Assembly: GCA_965223905.1 (NCBI GenBank) | Contig: CBDCXV010000010.1 | Location: 1,408,001 to 1,472,000, forward strand | DNA: 64,000 bases | DNA from: Candidatus Latescibacterota bacterium | GTDB taxonomy: Bacteria > Latescibacterota > UBA2968 > UBA8231 | Direction: 5' to 3' | Shown: positions 30,061 through 42,861 of the stretch, piece by piece | Position numbering within the stretch: the stretch's first letter is position 1 | How the letters are laid out: each line of letters opens with the position of its first letter | Notes under the pieces: generated by a model | Databases searched by the model: none | Seen by the model: the letters and a program-made list of their open reading frames with translations, nothing else | Told to the model about the DNA's origin: nothing | Made by a program: the position numbers and the translations under genes

Positions 30061-31482
30061 CTAAACCCTCCCCGCGAGACCATGCGGCGCAGCACCACGC
30101 GCGCGTGACCGGCTTTGCCGTCCACCAACCCCATCAAGATTGCGCGGTCGACCAAAATCCCGGCCTCTTCGTCTGCTTTCCCGGTAGAACCGTCGCGCCC
30201 GTCGCCCCGCTGCCCGCACTCTCCAAGCGTTCGGCACAGAGAGTTTGCGCGCAATCCATCGTTCCAACCCGGCCAAGCCGTGAATTCTAACGAAGCAAAG
30301 CAGCTTGAAGAGCACCACGGCAACCTTCCATTTCAACATCGTCCTCAGGCCCATCACCTTCTTCTCGTGTTCGCGAACAACCTCTCCAACCGCCTTGACG
30401 AGTTTCGGGTAGGGCCCCTTGCCCGACGCCTTCTTTGGCGTCTTCACATCCAGATGCAAGCTCATCGACGGAGCCTCACTCTCCGGGATTCCGGTACCGG
30501 ACACCGCTTCCTCGACCGCATCGGACAGGGCCTCCCACACCGACGCCCCTAGGGGATTCTCCAGGCTCGCATTGGCCGCATCTGCGTACTCGGCCGATCT
30601 CTCGCTTCGCCATGCGCGCAACGCCTGCGGGCTCGTATCCCATATCACAACCACGTTTCGGAACGGGCAGTCCCGTTTCCTCAGCACCCTCCGCCTGATC
30701 TCCTCCAACCCCAGGGCCGTTCGCGTCATGAAGTCGTCAAGCGCATTCTCGGCCCGGAACGGATCATCCGGGGGCACCGCGAACCACAGCGGCATGCCCA
30801 CGACCAGCGTCCCGTAGCCATACTCCTCCATCAACTCCTGATACGAAGCCTTGGCCAGCTTCCGCTCGATCTGCTCGATCACCCGGTCCGCAGCTTTCCT
30901 CTGTTCCATCCTCGACGGGCGTCCCCGCGGCACGTCCTTTCGGAAGGCGTTGAAATCCACCGGATGCTTGTCGGGGATGCCGTTCCATGCCCGCATCGCG
31001 CCCTCGATCTGCGACGCCGGCACCGTCGTGAACACCTCAGTGACCTCCAGCCACTCGAACCGCTCCTCCACCGTCGGCGTCATGTCGACCAGGTAGATGA
31101 ATCCGTCGCCCGGGTCGTCCCTTCCTCTGCCGATCTCGCTCCGGTCCGCCTTCCAGCTGAGCTTCATGCTCACGAACGCCTTCCGGCCCGACTTCAATTC
31201 CCCCCGGTGCGCCCAGTACACCTCCCGAAGCCGGCCCGTCTTGTCCCGGTCCGGGATCGCTGCCCATTCCCGCTCTTCGGTCGCCTCCTTTACGTAAAGG
31301 ACACTCAGACCCGTCATCGACCTCGCCCTACGATGTTCCCTTCTGCCTTGTCGTCGCGCTCGACCCCGCCGCTGACGCACAGGCATAGACCCCTGCCGCC
31401 AGTAGCCCCACCGTCGCACCGGGAGGCATGGCAGGGACGGCAGCGACCGCAAGCCGCTGTCATTCGCGTTCTTCTCCGTCAC
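30061..31482 (-). CDS. Hypothetical protein
   Basis: 473 aa, overlaps the upstream gene stop, coding-like composition; start uncertain. Confidence 0.6.
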   Translation of the reverse strand: MTEKNANDSGLRSLPSLPCLPVRRWGYWRQGSMPVRQRRGRARRQGRREHRRARSMTGLSVLYVKEATEEREWAAIPDRDKTGRLREVYWAHRGELKSGRKAFVSMKLSWKADRSEIGRGRDDPGDGFIYLVDMTPTVEERFEWLEVTEVFTTVPASQIEGAMRAWNGIPDKHPVDFNAFRKDVPRGRPSRMEQRKAADRVIEQIERKLAKASYQELMEEYGYGTLVVGMPLWFAVPPDDPFRAENALDDFMTRTALGLEEIRRRVLRKRDCPFRNVVVIWDTSPQALRAWRSERSAEYADAANASLENPLGASVWEALSDAVEEAVSGTGIPESEAPSMSLHLDVKTPKKASGKGPYPKLVKAVGEVVREHEKKVMGLRTMLKWKVAVVLFKLLCFVRIHGLAGLERWIARKLSVPNAWRVRAAGRRARRFYRESRRRGRDFGRPRNLDGVGGRQSRSRARGAAPHGLAGRV

Positions 31483-32594
31483 GCAGCACTTCTTCCCACG
31501 GGATCGCCGATTCGCCGCCCTCGAGGCCTAAGTGGACCTTCGACCTCGACCGGATCTCGCCGTCCGCATACCACTCTCCCTCAAAGGTCGTATCGATGTT
31601 GATGTGGTAGTTCAACCCCGCAACCACGCACTCATCGGCGATCACGCGCGCCGCCTTGCCGAGCCCCCACACGCGGTCGGTGTCTACCAGGCCGCGGATC
31701 GCCTCTTTGCCGACCCCCTGCTCGAAGTACCGCCATTTGCCGAACGTCTCCCGGCTGCCCTCCAGCACCTCGACGATGGAGGGGAAATCGGCTTCGAGCC
31801 GGCGCCGACTGTCCTCCGGCAGTTCTCGGAAGAGCTTCAACAGATCGTGCGTCCTAGGGGCCTCGTCCAGCCTCGTGACGAGGATCGCTTTCATCCCCAC
31901 CTCACAGGCGAATGCCGAGGCCATTCCCGCCACCAGCGCCGTGCCCATCCTCTCCATCAGTTCACGGCCCGATGGCTTGCGATGCGCGACTGGCATGCTC
32001 ATAGTCACGTCCAGAGACCCGTCGGCGTCCGACGCCTCGATGCCCGCTATTCGCGGTTCGCCGAACTCGAAGTCCGAGAGCTCGACCGCCGACATCTCCG
32101 GCGAGAGGTTCTCCACGCCAGCGCAGGAACGCCCGCGCCTGAGCGTACAGATAGCCCGCCCTGCCCGGCCCGATCTCGTTCCGAGTCAACCCCCTAGGCT
32201 TGCGTCTTTCCGCGAGGCTGGCTTCGATACGTTGGTCGACCTTCTCCTTGTCCCTGTCCATGTCCGGCAGGAGCTTGAGGATGAAGGCCGCACCCGACCT
32301 GTACTTCGCCGGCCGGCCGATGCGCGCCGCGGCCATGTTCCCGTCGGCCTCCTGCCGCATGGCGTCCGCCTCGCCCGCCGCCTCGTCTCCGTCGACCGAG
32401 CGACCGCAGACGAGGCACTTGATGCGGGTCCATCGGCCCGCCGCGTCCTTCGTTCCCGACACGGCCCCCCAGCAGTCACCACATCGCCCGCTGATGTCCA
32501 CCGCGCGTGCCGGCCCCGGTTGACGATCATCCGCCGGGCGGTCCTCAAACTGCCGCCGCTCGTCGAAATCCTGTTGCTGCACTGCGTTTTCCAT
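31460..32594 (-). pseudogene. Zn-finger + HEPN-like protein with a single +1 frameshift
   Basis: CGDC...CLVC N-terminus; removing one base near 32122 gives AFLAGVENLSPEMS; C-terminal AFACEVGMKAIL...THDLLKLF...WRYFE; ~377 aa. Confidence 0.7.
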
Positions 32595-32641
32595 CAGACA
32601 CCCTCGGGTCTCCGATCATGGCCGGAATAGCTTGACCAGAT

Positions 32642-32805
32642 GTATTAAGAAAAATAAGGGGCCGATATAAGTACGATGCCGTTCGCTGAGAACTTGGCGC
32701 AAGGGTACTTCTCAGGCGACCGCCACAGGACGGACAACCGCTGAGGTCGGCGGAAAACACCCGGGCCAGCAGGACCACCCACCCCAGTCGATTGCCGCAA
32801 GACAG
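32642..32805 (-). mobile_element. Internally deleted IS91/ISCR-like remnant (transposase C-terminal piece + end)
   Basis: Encodes SCGNRLGWVVLLARVFSADLSGCPSCGGRLR, joined directly to ACCCTTG...CCCCTTATTTTTCTTAATAC, homologous to the ends at 51903 and 57385. Confidence 0.8.
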
Positions 32806-32866
32806 ACCGCTTCGAAACGCTGTCCACAACGGTCCATGGCTCAACCGGCTTGGTAGGCACGACGAG

Positions 32867-35101
<2,235 letters not shown>

Positions 35102-35134
35102 TCTCGACGGGTCCTCTCCCGGCTGAGCTGCGGC

Positions 35135-35607
35135 CCCGATCCGGGGTGTTGGGTGCCTTTTTTCGTCTTGCGATTCGCCGGGAGCGTATAGCCGAGCTCG
35201 TGCAACAGCCGTGGACGAGGCGGGGACTCACCGAATGGCCCAGGGCCTGCAACTCGGCGGTCAACTTGCGGATGCTCTTGGATGTCCATCGCAGGGGGCT
35301 GTCGTCCGGCGCCCCGGCGGTGACCGGTTCGAGCAGGGCGTTGAGGTCCTACAACAGCGTCAGGTCGGTGTCGACGCGCCGCTTGCGGCCGCCGCACACG
35401 GCCCGGTTCTAACGGGGCGTCCGACCGCAGTTCCTCCAGGCCGCGAGCGATTCGGGTCCCCGACATCCCGGTCGCCCGGGCCACCACGGCAATGCCCCCA
35501 TGTCCCAGCGCTTGCGCCTCGGCGGCGGCCCACAGGCGTCGCGTGCGCTCTTTCAACACCGGCGTCAAGGCTTCGTATTTCGTCCGCAGCGTGCTTTCCG
35601 CGTCCAC
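35135..35607 (-). pseudogene. ISAzo13-family transposase, N-terminal remnant
   Basis: LKERTRRLWAAAEAQALGHGGI..VARATG and LLHELGYTLPANRKTKKGTQHP; frameshifted and truncated just after the katG stop. Confidence 0.8.
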
Positions 35608-35882
35608 CCATCAAGGAGAACACCCTTCCATCCAAAAGTACAGCCTTTATTTCTCCACGATGCCTTAGGTCGCTTGGCGAGAAAAGCCAGGTTGCCGTTT
35701 CCGCAGTACGTATAGCGATAACTGCATGCATTTACTGTGATATGAGCGCCTCGGGGCAAGGTCGAGTAGCTCAGCCATTCGGCTTCGCCCTCACATATTC
35801 GTCAATATCGGGGATACGGTCTCTCCCCGGAAAACAGCAGGAACCTGGGAAAGAGAACCGAAGCTGATACACGGAGAACGAA

Positions 35883-37427
35883 ATGACGCTAAAAAAAAGA
35901 ACTTCAGAAATCATCAGACGGCTGAATGAAGGAATCCATGAAAGAGAAGAAATTATCGCGGTTTCGTTCCTGGCCGCATTGTCAGATCAGAACATCTTCC
36001 TGTTTGGACCTCCCGGTACGGCGAAGAGCCTGATCGCCCGCCGCATAGCCCTCGCCTTTGAAACCAGGAGTTATTTCGAATACTTGATGCATCGGTTCAG
36101 TACGCCGGAGGATGTATTTGGTCCCGTCTCGATTACTGAACTGAAAAAAGACAACTTCCTACGCAAGACGGAGGGGTTCCTGCCCCGGTCCGATTTCGCG
36201 TTTCTGGACGAAATCTGGAAATCAAGTCCTTCGATCCTGAATACGCTCCTGACGATCATCAATGAAAAACGGTTCCGCAACGGTACGGAGGTAGAAAGCG
36301 CCCAGCTGAAAGCGTTGATTGCGGCTTCGAACGAGACACCTCCACCCGGACAGGGGCTGGACGCATTGTATGACCGTTTTCTCGTCCGACTTAACGTTGC
36401 ACCGATGGAAGAAGTGCCGAATTTCAACGCCCTGCTGAAGTCCAAGCCCACCCTCCCAGACATCAAACTGCCGGCAGCTCTGGCCATAAAGCACGAGGAA
36501 TGGGAAGAATGGGGAAAACGGCTCCACGAAGTAGACCTCTCGGAAGAAGTCTTTGCCGTAATACGGGATATACGACTGGCCTGCGAAGAAAAGGGAAAGG
36601 AACTGGATGTCTATGCATCGGACCGACGCTGGCAGAGAGCTGCCATTCTGCTTAAGGCAGCTGCGTTCTTCTGCGGCAGAGACGAAGTGAATCTCGTCGA
36701 CTGTTTGTTGTTGCGCCATTGTCTTTGGACCACGAAGGAAAACTACGAAGAGGTAGTTAAAATCGTCGAAGACGCCGTGAGAAACCGCGGTTTTGAGACA
36801 GGATTCAGCCTTCATGAGATCGATGCGGAGAAAGAGGAGTTGGAAAAGGAAATCAACAAGGAACTCTATCATAGAGCAGACGTTTACAAGACCTCGAAGG
36901 TTGGCAATAGGAAATGTTTCGAATGCAGAGAAGTGCCTTCTAGGCGTTATCATACTGAAAAAAGAACCCGAACCTTCTATATTCCAACCGGTGAGATGAA
37001 GGGGAGTGATCAGTTTAATCCAATAGACAAGAACGGAAACATACTCGACGATATAAGATGTCGCTTCGACGGCCAGGGTACCTGCCAAATAGAAATTAAA
37101 AATGCCAGTTATTACAATGATTGGAATACAGTCAACTCGTTCACACCCAAGGTGTTGTTTCATAAAGGCGACCGGAAAACAGGCGTCAACGCGAGGCTCA
37201 TTGAATCACTACATACCGCGGTGGACGAACTCCGTCGAAAGCTGGATTCGATCATAGAGCAAATCGAAGCCAGGTCGATCGAACTCAAGGAAGATGTGGA
37301 GACGCCTTTCGTTCCTGTAAGGATCCGCGACATTGCTTTGGAAGGCGTCGACATGCAGTTGAAGGATATGAAGCTGAGGCGTAAAGACTGTGACCGTTTG
37401 AGCAGCATGATAGGTGAACTAGAATGA
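35883..37427 (+). CDS. ravA: RavA-like MoxR AAA+ ATPase
   Basis: GPPGTAKS, RFSTPEDVFGP, FLDEIWKSSPSILNTLL, ASNE, ALYDRF, SDRRW. Confidence 0.85.
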   Translation: MTLKKRTSEIIRRLNEGIHEREEIIAVSFLAALSDQNIFLFGPPGTAKSLIARRIALAFETRSYFEYLMHRFSTPEDVFGPVSITELKKDNFLRKTEGFLPRSDFAFLDEIWKSSPSILNTLLTIINEKRFRNGTEVESAQLKALIAASNETPPPGQGLDALYDRFLVRLNVAPMEEVPNFNALLKSKPTLPDIKLPAALAIKHEEWEEWGKRLHEVDLSEEVFAVIRDIRLACEEKGKELDVYASDRRWQRAAILLKAAAFFCGRDEVNLVDCLLLRHCLWTTKENYEEVVKIVEDAVRNRGFETGFSLHEIDAEKEELEKEINKELYHRADVYKTSKVGNRKCFECREVPSRRYHTEKRTRTFYIPTGEMKGSDQFNPIDKNGNILDDIRCRFDGQGTCQIEIKNASYYNDWNTVNSFTPKVLFHKGDRKTGVNARLIESLHTAVDELRRKLDSIIEQIEARSIELKEDVETPFVPVRIRDIALEGVDMQLKDMKLRRKDCDRLSSMIGELE

Positions 37428-38971
37428 ACGAGAATCCGGTACTGATGAGTTCCCAGGTTATGTTGAACGAAATTTTGCAGGAGTTTCCGGTAGCAAAGGA
37501 GGAAAGCGTTGCCACTCGGTTGAAGGAGGAAGTAGAAACTGAACAAAGGAGAATACACAGGCGGCTGGAACGGGACAACCCTTTCATTGAGAACGCCAGA
37601 GTCCTGCAACTCGCGGAGAACGACTTGGAAACGAAGAAGTGGATACGGGTCGACCAGTTGGAGCAGGACCTTCAGCATTTCGAATCGTTGGCTAAGCAGA
37701 CAGGCTCGAGGATAGATAAGAAGTACTGGTTGTCGGAGATCGGCAAGCTCAAGGCAAACCAGGAGAGCCGAACCGGGCCGATAGCTATTACAGACAGAGA
37801 TAATTCAAGCCTCGGTGAAACTGACGGAGACAAATCAGACGGGTCAAACGAGCAGGCGGCTCTTTGTCGTGCGCTCTTGTTGCAGCGTTGGAGAAGACTG
37901 TTAGAAGAACAGACCGCAAGATGGGAATTGGAAACGATCCAGGATCTCAGACGGAAGCTACTGAACAAATTGAAGGTATGGCTGGAGAAACTCCAGGTGC
38001 TCGCAGATACCCTGGACAGTTTATCCATTGAACCGGGTTTGCTGTTCGACCTGGCAAACGACAACCTGTCGCTGTCAGACGTTGAGCAATTGAAAAAGTG
38101 GGTGTCGTACATTTCGGAAGATAAAGGCGTTAGGGAATTATGCGACCTGGTGGGGCGGCTCCGTCGCGCAGACAGGACGAAGCGTCAGGAGCTTGTCAGA
38201 ACGGGATTGACCATGACAGAATACGTTCCTGACGTGAATTCCAAAGAGGAAATCGTAGGCGTTTATTGGGGCAATGACATTGAACGTGCACTACCCCAGG
38301 AAATCACCCTTCTTTCCGACGAGGAAACTTCCGTCCTGTTTGACGTGAAATTGGCAGAAGGTCGCCTGATGTGTTTCGAAATGGAGGGCAGGCGGTCGCG
38401 TTTTTATGAAGTGGAAGAAGAACTGGTGACCGAGATTGAAGACGAGAAAGCGGGCCCTGTCATCATTTGTGTCGATACCAGCGGTTCCATGAAAGGCTCA
38501 CCGGAAACCGTTGCCAAAGCCGTCACCTTGTACATGGCGACCCGGGCTGTATCCGGAAAAAGAGACTGTTTTCTGATCAGCTTTTCCACGGGCGTAGAAA
38601 CGTTAGATCTGTCGGGAAAGATCGGCATTGCCAAGGTGATCGAGTTCTTACGGCGTTCATTTCACGGAGGAACGGACGTCAGCCCAGCATTGACCCATGC
38701 CATCAGAATGATGGAAGACAGACGGTACCAGCGGTCTGATCTACTTGTCATATCGGATTTCATCATGGCTTCGGTACCTGAGTCTTTGCATGAAGAAATC
38801 CGGAAGGCTAAAGAAAACAAGAATCGTTTCTACTCTTTGTCCATCGGGGATCTGTTCCTGAGTCGACGCCTGAAAGAGATATTTGACAATGAATGGGTTT
38901 ACGATCCTGGCAACTCCAGTATTCGTTCAATTCAAACGATCGCAAGCACCATCCAATGTCCCGTAACGTGA
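37424..38971 (+). CDS. viaA: ViaA-like VWA-domain protein
   Basis: GPVIICVDTSGSM MIDAS motif, GGTD, LVISDF; ATGA-coupled to the MoxR gene. Confidence 0.8.
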   Translation: MNENPVLMSSQVMLNEILQEFPVAKEESVATRLKEEVETEQRRIHRRLERDNPFIENARVLQLAENDLETKKWIRVDQLEQDLQHFESLAKQTGSRIDKKYWLSEIGKLKANQESRTGPIAITDRDNSSLGETDGDKSDGSNEQAALCRALLLQRWRRLLEEQTARWELETIQDLRRKLLNKLKVWLEKLQVLADTLDSLSIEPGLLFDLANDNLSLSDVEQLKKWVSYISEDKGVRELCDLVGRLRRADRTKRQELVRTGLTMTEYVPDVNSKEEIVGVYWGNDIERALPQEITLLSDEETSVLFDVKLAEGRLMCFEMEGRRSRFYEVEEELVTEIEDEKAGPVIICVDTSGSMKGSPETVAKAVTLYMATRAVSGKRDCFLISFSTGVETLDLSGKIGIAKVIEFLRRSFHGGTDVSPALTHAIRMMEDRRYQRSDLLVISDFIMASVPESLHEEIRKAKENKNRFYSLSIGDLFLSRRLKEIFDNEWVYDPGNSSIRSIQTIASTIQCPVT

Positions 38972-39070
38972 TGAATAGCTGATGGCAGCCTTACCTCTGG
39001 TCTGAAGTACTGCTTTTGCATTGCGGGGGCATGAAGTGCGCCCCCGCGGTGCGTTTTCGAGCGAGGCGTC

Positions 39071-41435
39071 ATGGAGCTCATCGACAACGACTATTGGTGG
39101 AAGTGCCTGGTCCTGGACTGCCCGGCTGGCGCAGCTGACCTGATTGCCCGGGTCCGGGTTCGCCAGCCCCAGGGATACGTCCAGGAGCTGACGGTTGACG
39201 AGGTGGAGGTGCGGGACGGCAAGGCCCGCGTCCCCATCCTCTATCCGATGGTCGACGACGGGCGCTACGACCCCATGCCCGGCCTCTGGGAGGACAGCTG
39301 GCTCATGGGAGAGTACCGCTTCGACGTGCAGCTGATGGCCGGGGGCCGCGCGATCGCCTCCGGGTCCACCACCCTCGACCCACACGACTTCTTCCCCTCC
39401 GACCGCATGGTCATCGCCGTCGACGCCCGGCCGCAGATCATCGAGTGCGCGCCGCGGCAGGCCCTGTTCATCGATGAGGACGAGGCCCGCTTCCTCTACC
39501 GCATCCGCCGCCATCGCGTCTCCCGCTGCGAGGTGGAGGCGGACGTCACCACCCGGGAAGGCTTCGCCCCCCTGGCCGGCCCCTGGCGCCTGAGCCTGAC
39601 CCACGAGCTGCAGGAGCACTCCTTCTCCATCGCCGGCTGGGGCACGGGGGAATACTGGATCCGCCTGCGGCCGCTGGTGGAAGGCGAGCCGGTGGGGCCC
39701 TGGTGCGTGCGCAAGTTCTGGAAGCAGGCCGGCGCCGGGCCGCCGCCGCCGGAAGTGCTGGAGCTGGCCGGCTATCCCGAGGTGCTGGTCGACGACTACA
39801 GCTTCGAGGAGGCCGAGGGCGTCCAGTTCGTCCCCGACACCATGGACAAGAACCCGGCGCCCCTGGCCGCCACCACCGAGCCCCACGACGAGGAGATGCT
39901 CGGCCTCGAGTCCGTGTCCTGGAACGAGGAGGCCGGTCGCTACGAGGCCGTCTACCGCAACGGCGGCGGGCGCATCGAGCGGGAAGAGACGCGCGGGGAG
40001 CGCAGCCGCCTGCGCATGCTGCTGGTCAGCGAGGACGGCGAGAGCTGGGAGAAACCGGCCCTCGGCCTCGTCGAGTACGACGGCTCCACGGCCAACAACA
40101 TCCTCAGCGACGACCGCCGCCCCACCCCTGCGGAACGGGAGACGGCGCACGCCCTGGAGCACGCCGGGTTCCGCTTCTACGACGCGCAGAGGGACGGCCC
40201 CGTCGACCTCGACCGCGTCTTCATCGCCTCGGCCAAGGAGGATTTCCCCTCCCGCTGCAGGAGCCTCGAAAACCAGGACGGAGACGGCGGAGAAAGCGGG
40301 GCCTTCCGCCCCCGCAAGGGGGAGTTCTGGCCCTTCGAGCAGCGCGGCGACCTCTATCTCGTGCTGACGCGGGAGCCGGTCCTCTACCTCGGCGTCGGCA
40401 TGGACCTGATGCACACGAGCGAGACCATCCGCTGCCATGTGGAGGAGTCGGACGGCAGGCGCCTTCACTTCTACTTCCGTCCCGCCTCGCCCGCCTATCC
40501 CCCCCCACGGCGCCACCTACGACAACATGCACCTGGCCCTGCGCTGCCTGGCGGTCATGTCCACCGCCGACGGCATCACCTACGACCGCCGCTTCGTGCT
40601 GGGTCCGGACGGACACGACAGGCTGGGGTCCCAGTTCTACGCCATGGGGCTCATGCAGCGCTTCGGCACCCCGGGGGACGCGCCGGGCCGCCCCGCGCTC
40701 CACAGGGGGAAGCACAAGGTCAACCAGGCCTTCCCGCGGCGTAACCTCTACCTCGGCTCGGTGCTGCTACACTGGGGGATCGAGCAGACCCAGGAGCCGG
40801 AGCTGATCTGGAGCCGCGACCTGCTGCACTTCAAGCGCTTCACCGGGCAGCGCCGCAGCCTCATCGAGTCCAACGGCCCGGGCACCTACGACTTCGGCAT
40901 GATCCGCGACATCTATATGTACAGCGAGCTCGGCGGCCAGTGGTGGTATCACTACACGGCCATCAACACGCGCCACAACGGCTACGGGATCATGTCCGGG
41001 TGGCAGGACCTGGAGGAGTTCCGCCGCACCTGCCCCAACCACGCCGACGCCCCCTACTTCACCACCTGGGAGGGCTACTGGGCGGACGGCAAGGAGACGC
41101 GCTACCAGCCGGCCTTCGCCCGCTGCCTGCCCTTCCGGGTGGCCCACGCCGAGCCCGTCGACGGGTGCGGCTTTCTCGGCACCCGCCCGGTCCGCGTGGA
41201 CGGAGACGAGCTGCGCCTCAACGCCGCCACCGACCGGGGCGGCTCCATCCGCGTCGAGCTGGCCGACGAGGCGGGCGATCCCCTGGGACCGGAGCCGGCG
41301 ATCTTCGAGGGGGACGCCGTGGACGCGGTGGTCGCCGACCTGGCCCCCTGGCGGGGACAGGCCGTGCGCCTGCGGTTCACCCTCGACCGCGCCCGTCTCT
41401 ACGCTTTCCGGATTGCCGCGCGGGAGCAGCAGTGA
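39071..41435 (+). CDS. Putative beta-propeller glycoside-hydrolase-like protein, frameshifted at a C8 run
   Basis: SEDGESWEKPALGLVEYDGSTANN and Asp-box-like motifs, C-terminal LRLNA...LRFTLDRARLYAF; C7 instead of C8 at 40499-40506 gives one ~787-aa ORF. Confidence 0.6.
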
Positions 41436-42817
41436 TGACTGCAGCCGAAGCCGATTTCCGGGACCAGGGCTCCAGAGCCGGGGCCGGCCACCCGAAGCCG
41501 GATGCCGGAATGGAAACGGGTCCGGACCGGGAGGTGATCCTCACCCTGGACCACGGCGTGCTCCTCATGCACGATCCCCGGGCAGCGGAGGCCGCCTACA
41601 TCGACGAGATCTTCGAGAAGGCCAGCCGCCGTCAGGTGAGGACCATCCTCTGGCGGACCCTTGCTGGCGCCCGGGGGCTCTACCGCAGCCGCTCGGTGCC
41701 GAGCCTTGCGGACCAGTCGGAGGCGTGGGAGCAACTGCTGTCGGGCATGGACCCACTCGAGGCCGCCGTCGACAGCGCCCGGCGCCACGGCATCCGTCTC
41801 TTCGCCTGGGCGACCCTGCAGGACTTCCACATCGTCCGCCACTGGGGGCGCAACACCTCCCCCTTCTACGACGAGCGCCCCCATCTCTACTGGGCCGGTC
41901 TCGAGGGCAGCAGCCACCATCCCGGGATTCCCTGCTACGCCTACGGAGAGGCCCGGCGGTACTACCTCGACCACCTCGAAGAGGTGCGGGAGTACGGCGT
42001 GGACGGCCTCTTCGTCTGCTTCCGCAGCCATGCCGGCGAGCCGGACGAGGACGACGGGTTCGGCTACAACGAGCCCTGGCTCGAGCAGCTGCGCGAGGAG
42101 ACGGGGGTCGACGCCCCGCCGGCGCGCATCCGGGAGCTACCCTGGCTGGCCTGGCGGCTGCAGAGGATCCGCGGCGACTCGTACACGGTGCTGTTGAGGG
42201 AGGTCCGTGAGGCGGCGGGGACCCTGCCGGTCTGGGTGGGCACCGCGGAGAAGCCGGACATCCTCATCGCCGGCCACTCGGAGAAAGAGAACCCGGAGCG
42301 GGCCCTGCTGCGGGCGTGCCTGGACCTGAGCAGGTGGTGCCGGGAGGACCTGGTGGACGCAGTGGTCGTGGTGACCAGCCGCCTCAACCCCTGCGACCCG
42401 TCGGTGGGGGAGGTCTACCGCAACACCACGGCCCGCTTCGGCAAGAAGCTGTATACTTGGCTCAACATGATCTGCCACTTCCACGACGTAGAGGGAAACC
42501 TGTCCAAGCGGACGCCGACGCCGCGGGAGCTGCGCGGCATCGTCCGGGCGGCGGGGCGCTGCCGCATCGACGGCCTCGTGCTGCACGAGACCGCGGACCT
42601 GGAGACCTCCTACCTGAGGATCTACGTCGACGGCAGGAAACAGGTGACCAACGCTCCCCATCCGGACCGCGAGGCCCAGGAACTGGTCGGTCGGTGCACG
42701 GTTTCAGGGCGGCCTCGCATGGATGAGGGTCTGCCAGTGCCTTTCGAACCCGAGCCCGAACCGGAGCCGGATCCTCGTTTCATCGAGGAATACGCCCCCA
42801 GATCGGCCCCGTGGTAA
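41435..42817 (+). CDS. Putative TIM-barrel glycoside hydrolase (GHL10/DUF187-like)
   Basis: TGATG coupling; DPLEAAVDSARRHGIRLFAW...YGVDGLFV; the C-terminal ~45 aa may be a fused fragment. Confidence 0.55.
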   Translation: MTAAEADFRDQGSRAGAGHPKPDAGMETGPDREVILTLDHGVLLMHDPRAAEAAYIDEIFEKASRRQVRTILWRTLAGARGLYRSRSVPSLADQSEAWEQLLSGMDPLEAAVDSARRHGIRLFAWATLQDFHIVRHWGRNTSPFYDERPHLYWAGLEGSSHHPGIPCYAYGEARRYYLDHLEEVREYGVDGLFVCFRSHAGEPDEDDGFGYNEPWLEQLREETGVDAPPARIRELPWLAWRLQRIRGDSYTVLLREVREAAGTLPVWVGTAEKPDILIAGHSEKENPERALLRACLDLSRWCREDLVDAVVVVTSRLNPCDPSVGEVYRNTTARFGKKLYTWLNMICHFHDVEGNLSKRTPTPRELRGIVRAAGRCRIDGLVLHETADLETSYLRIYVDGRKQVTNAPHPDREAQELVGRCTVSGRPRMDEGLPVPFEPEPEPEPDPRFIEEYAPRSAPW

Positions 42818-42861
42818 CCGCCCTGGGGCGGATCCGCCGGGCAGGATTGGAGAAAGAGGAA

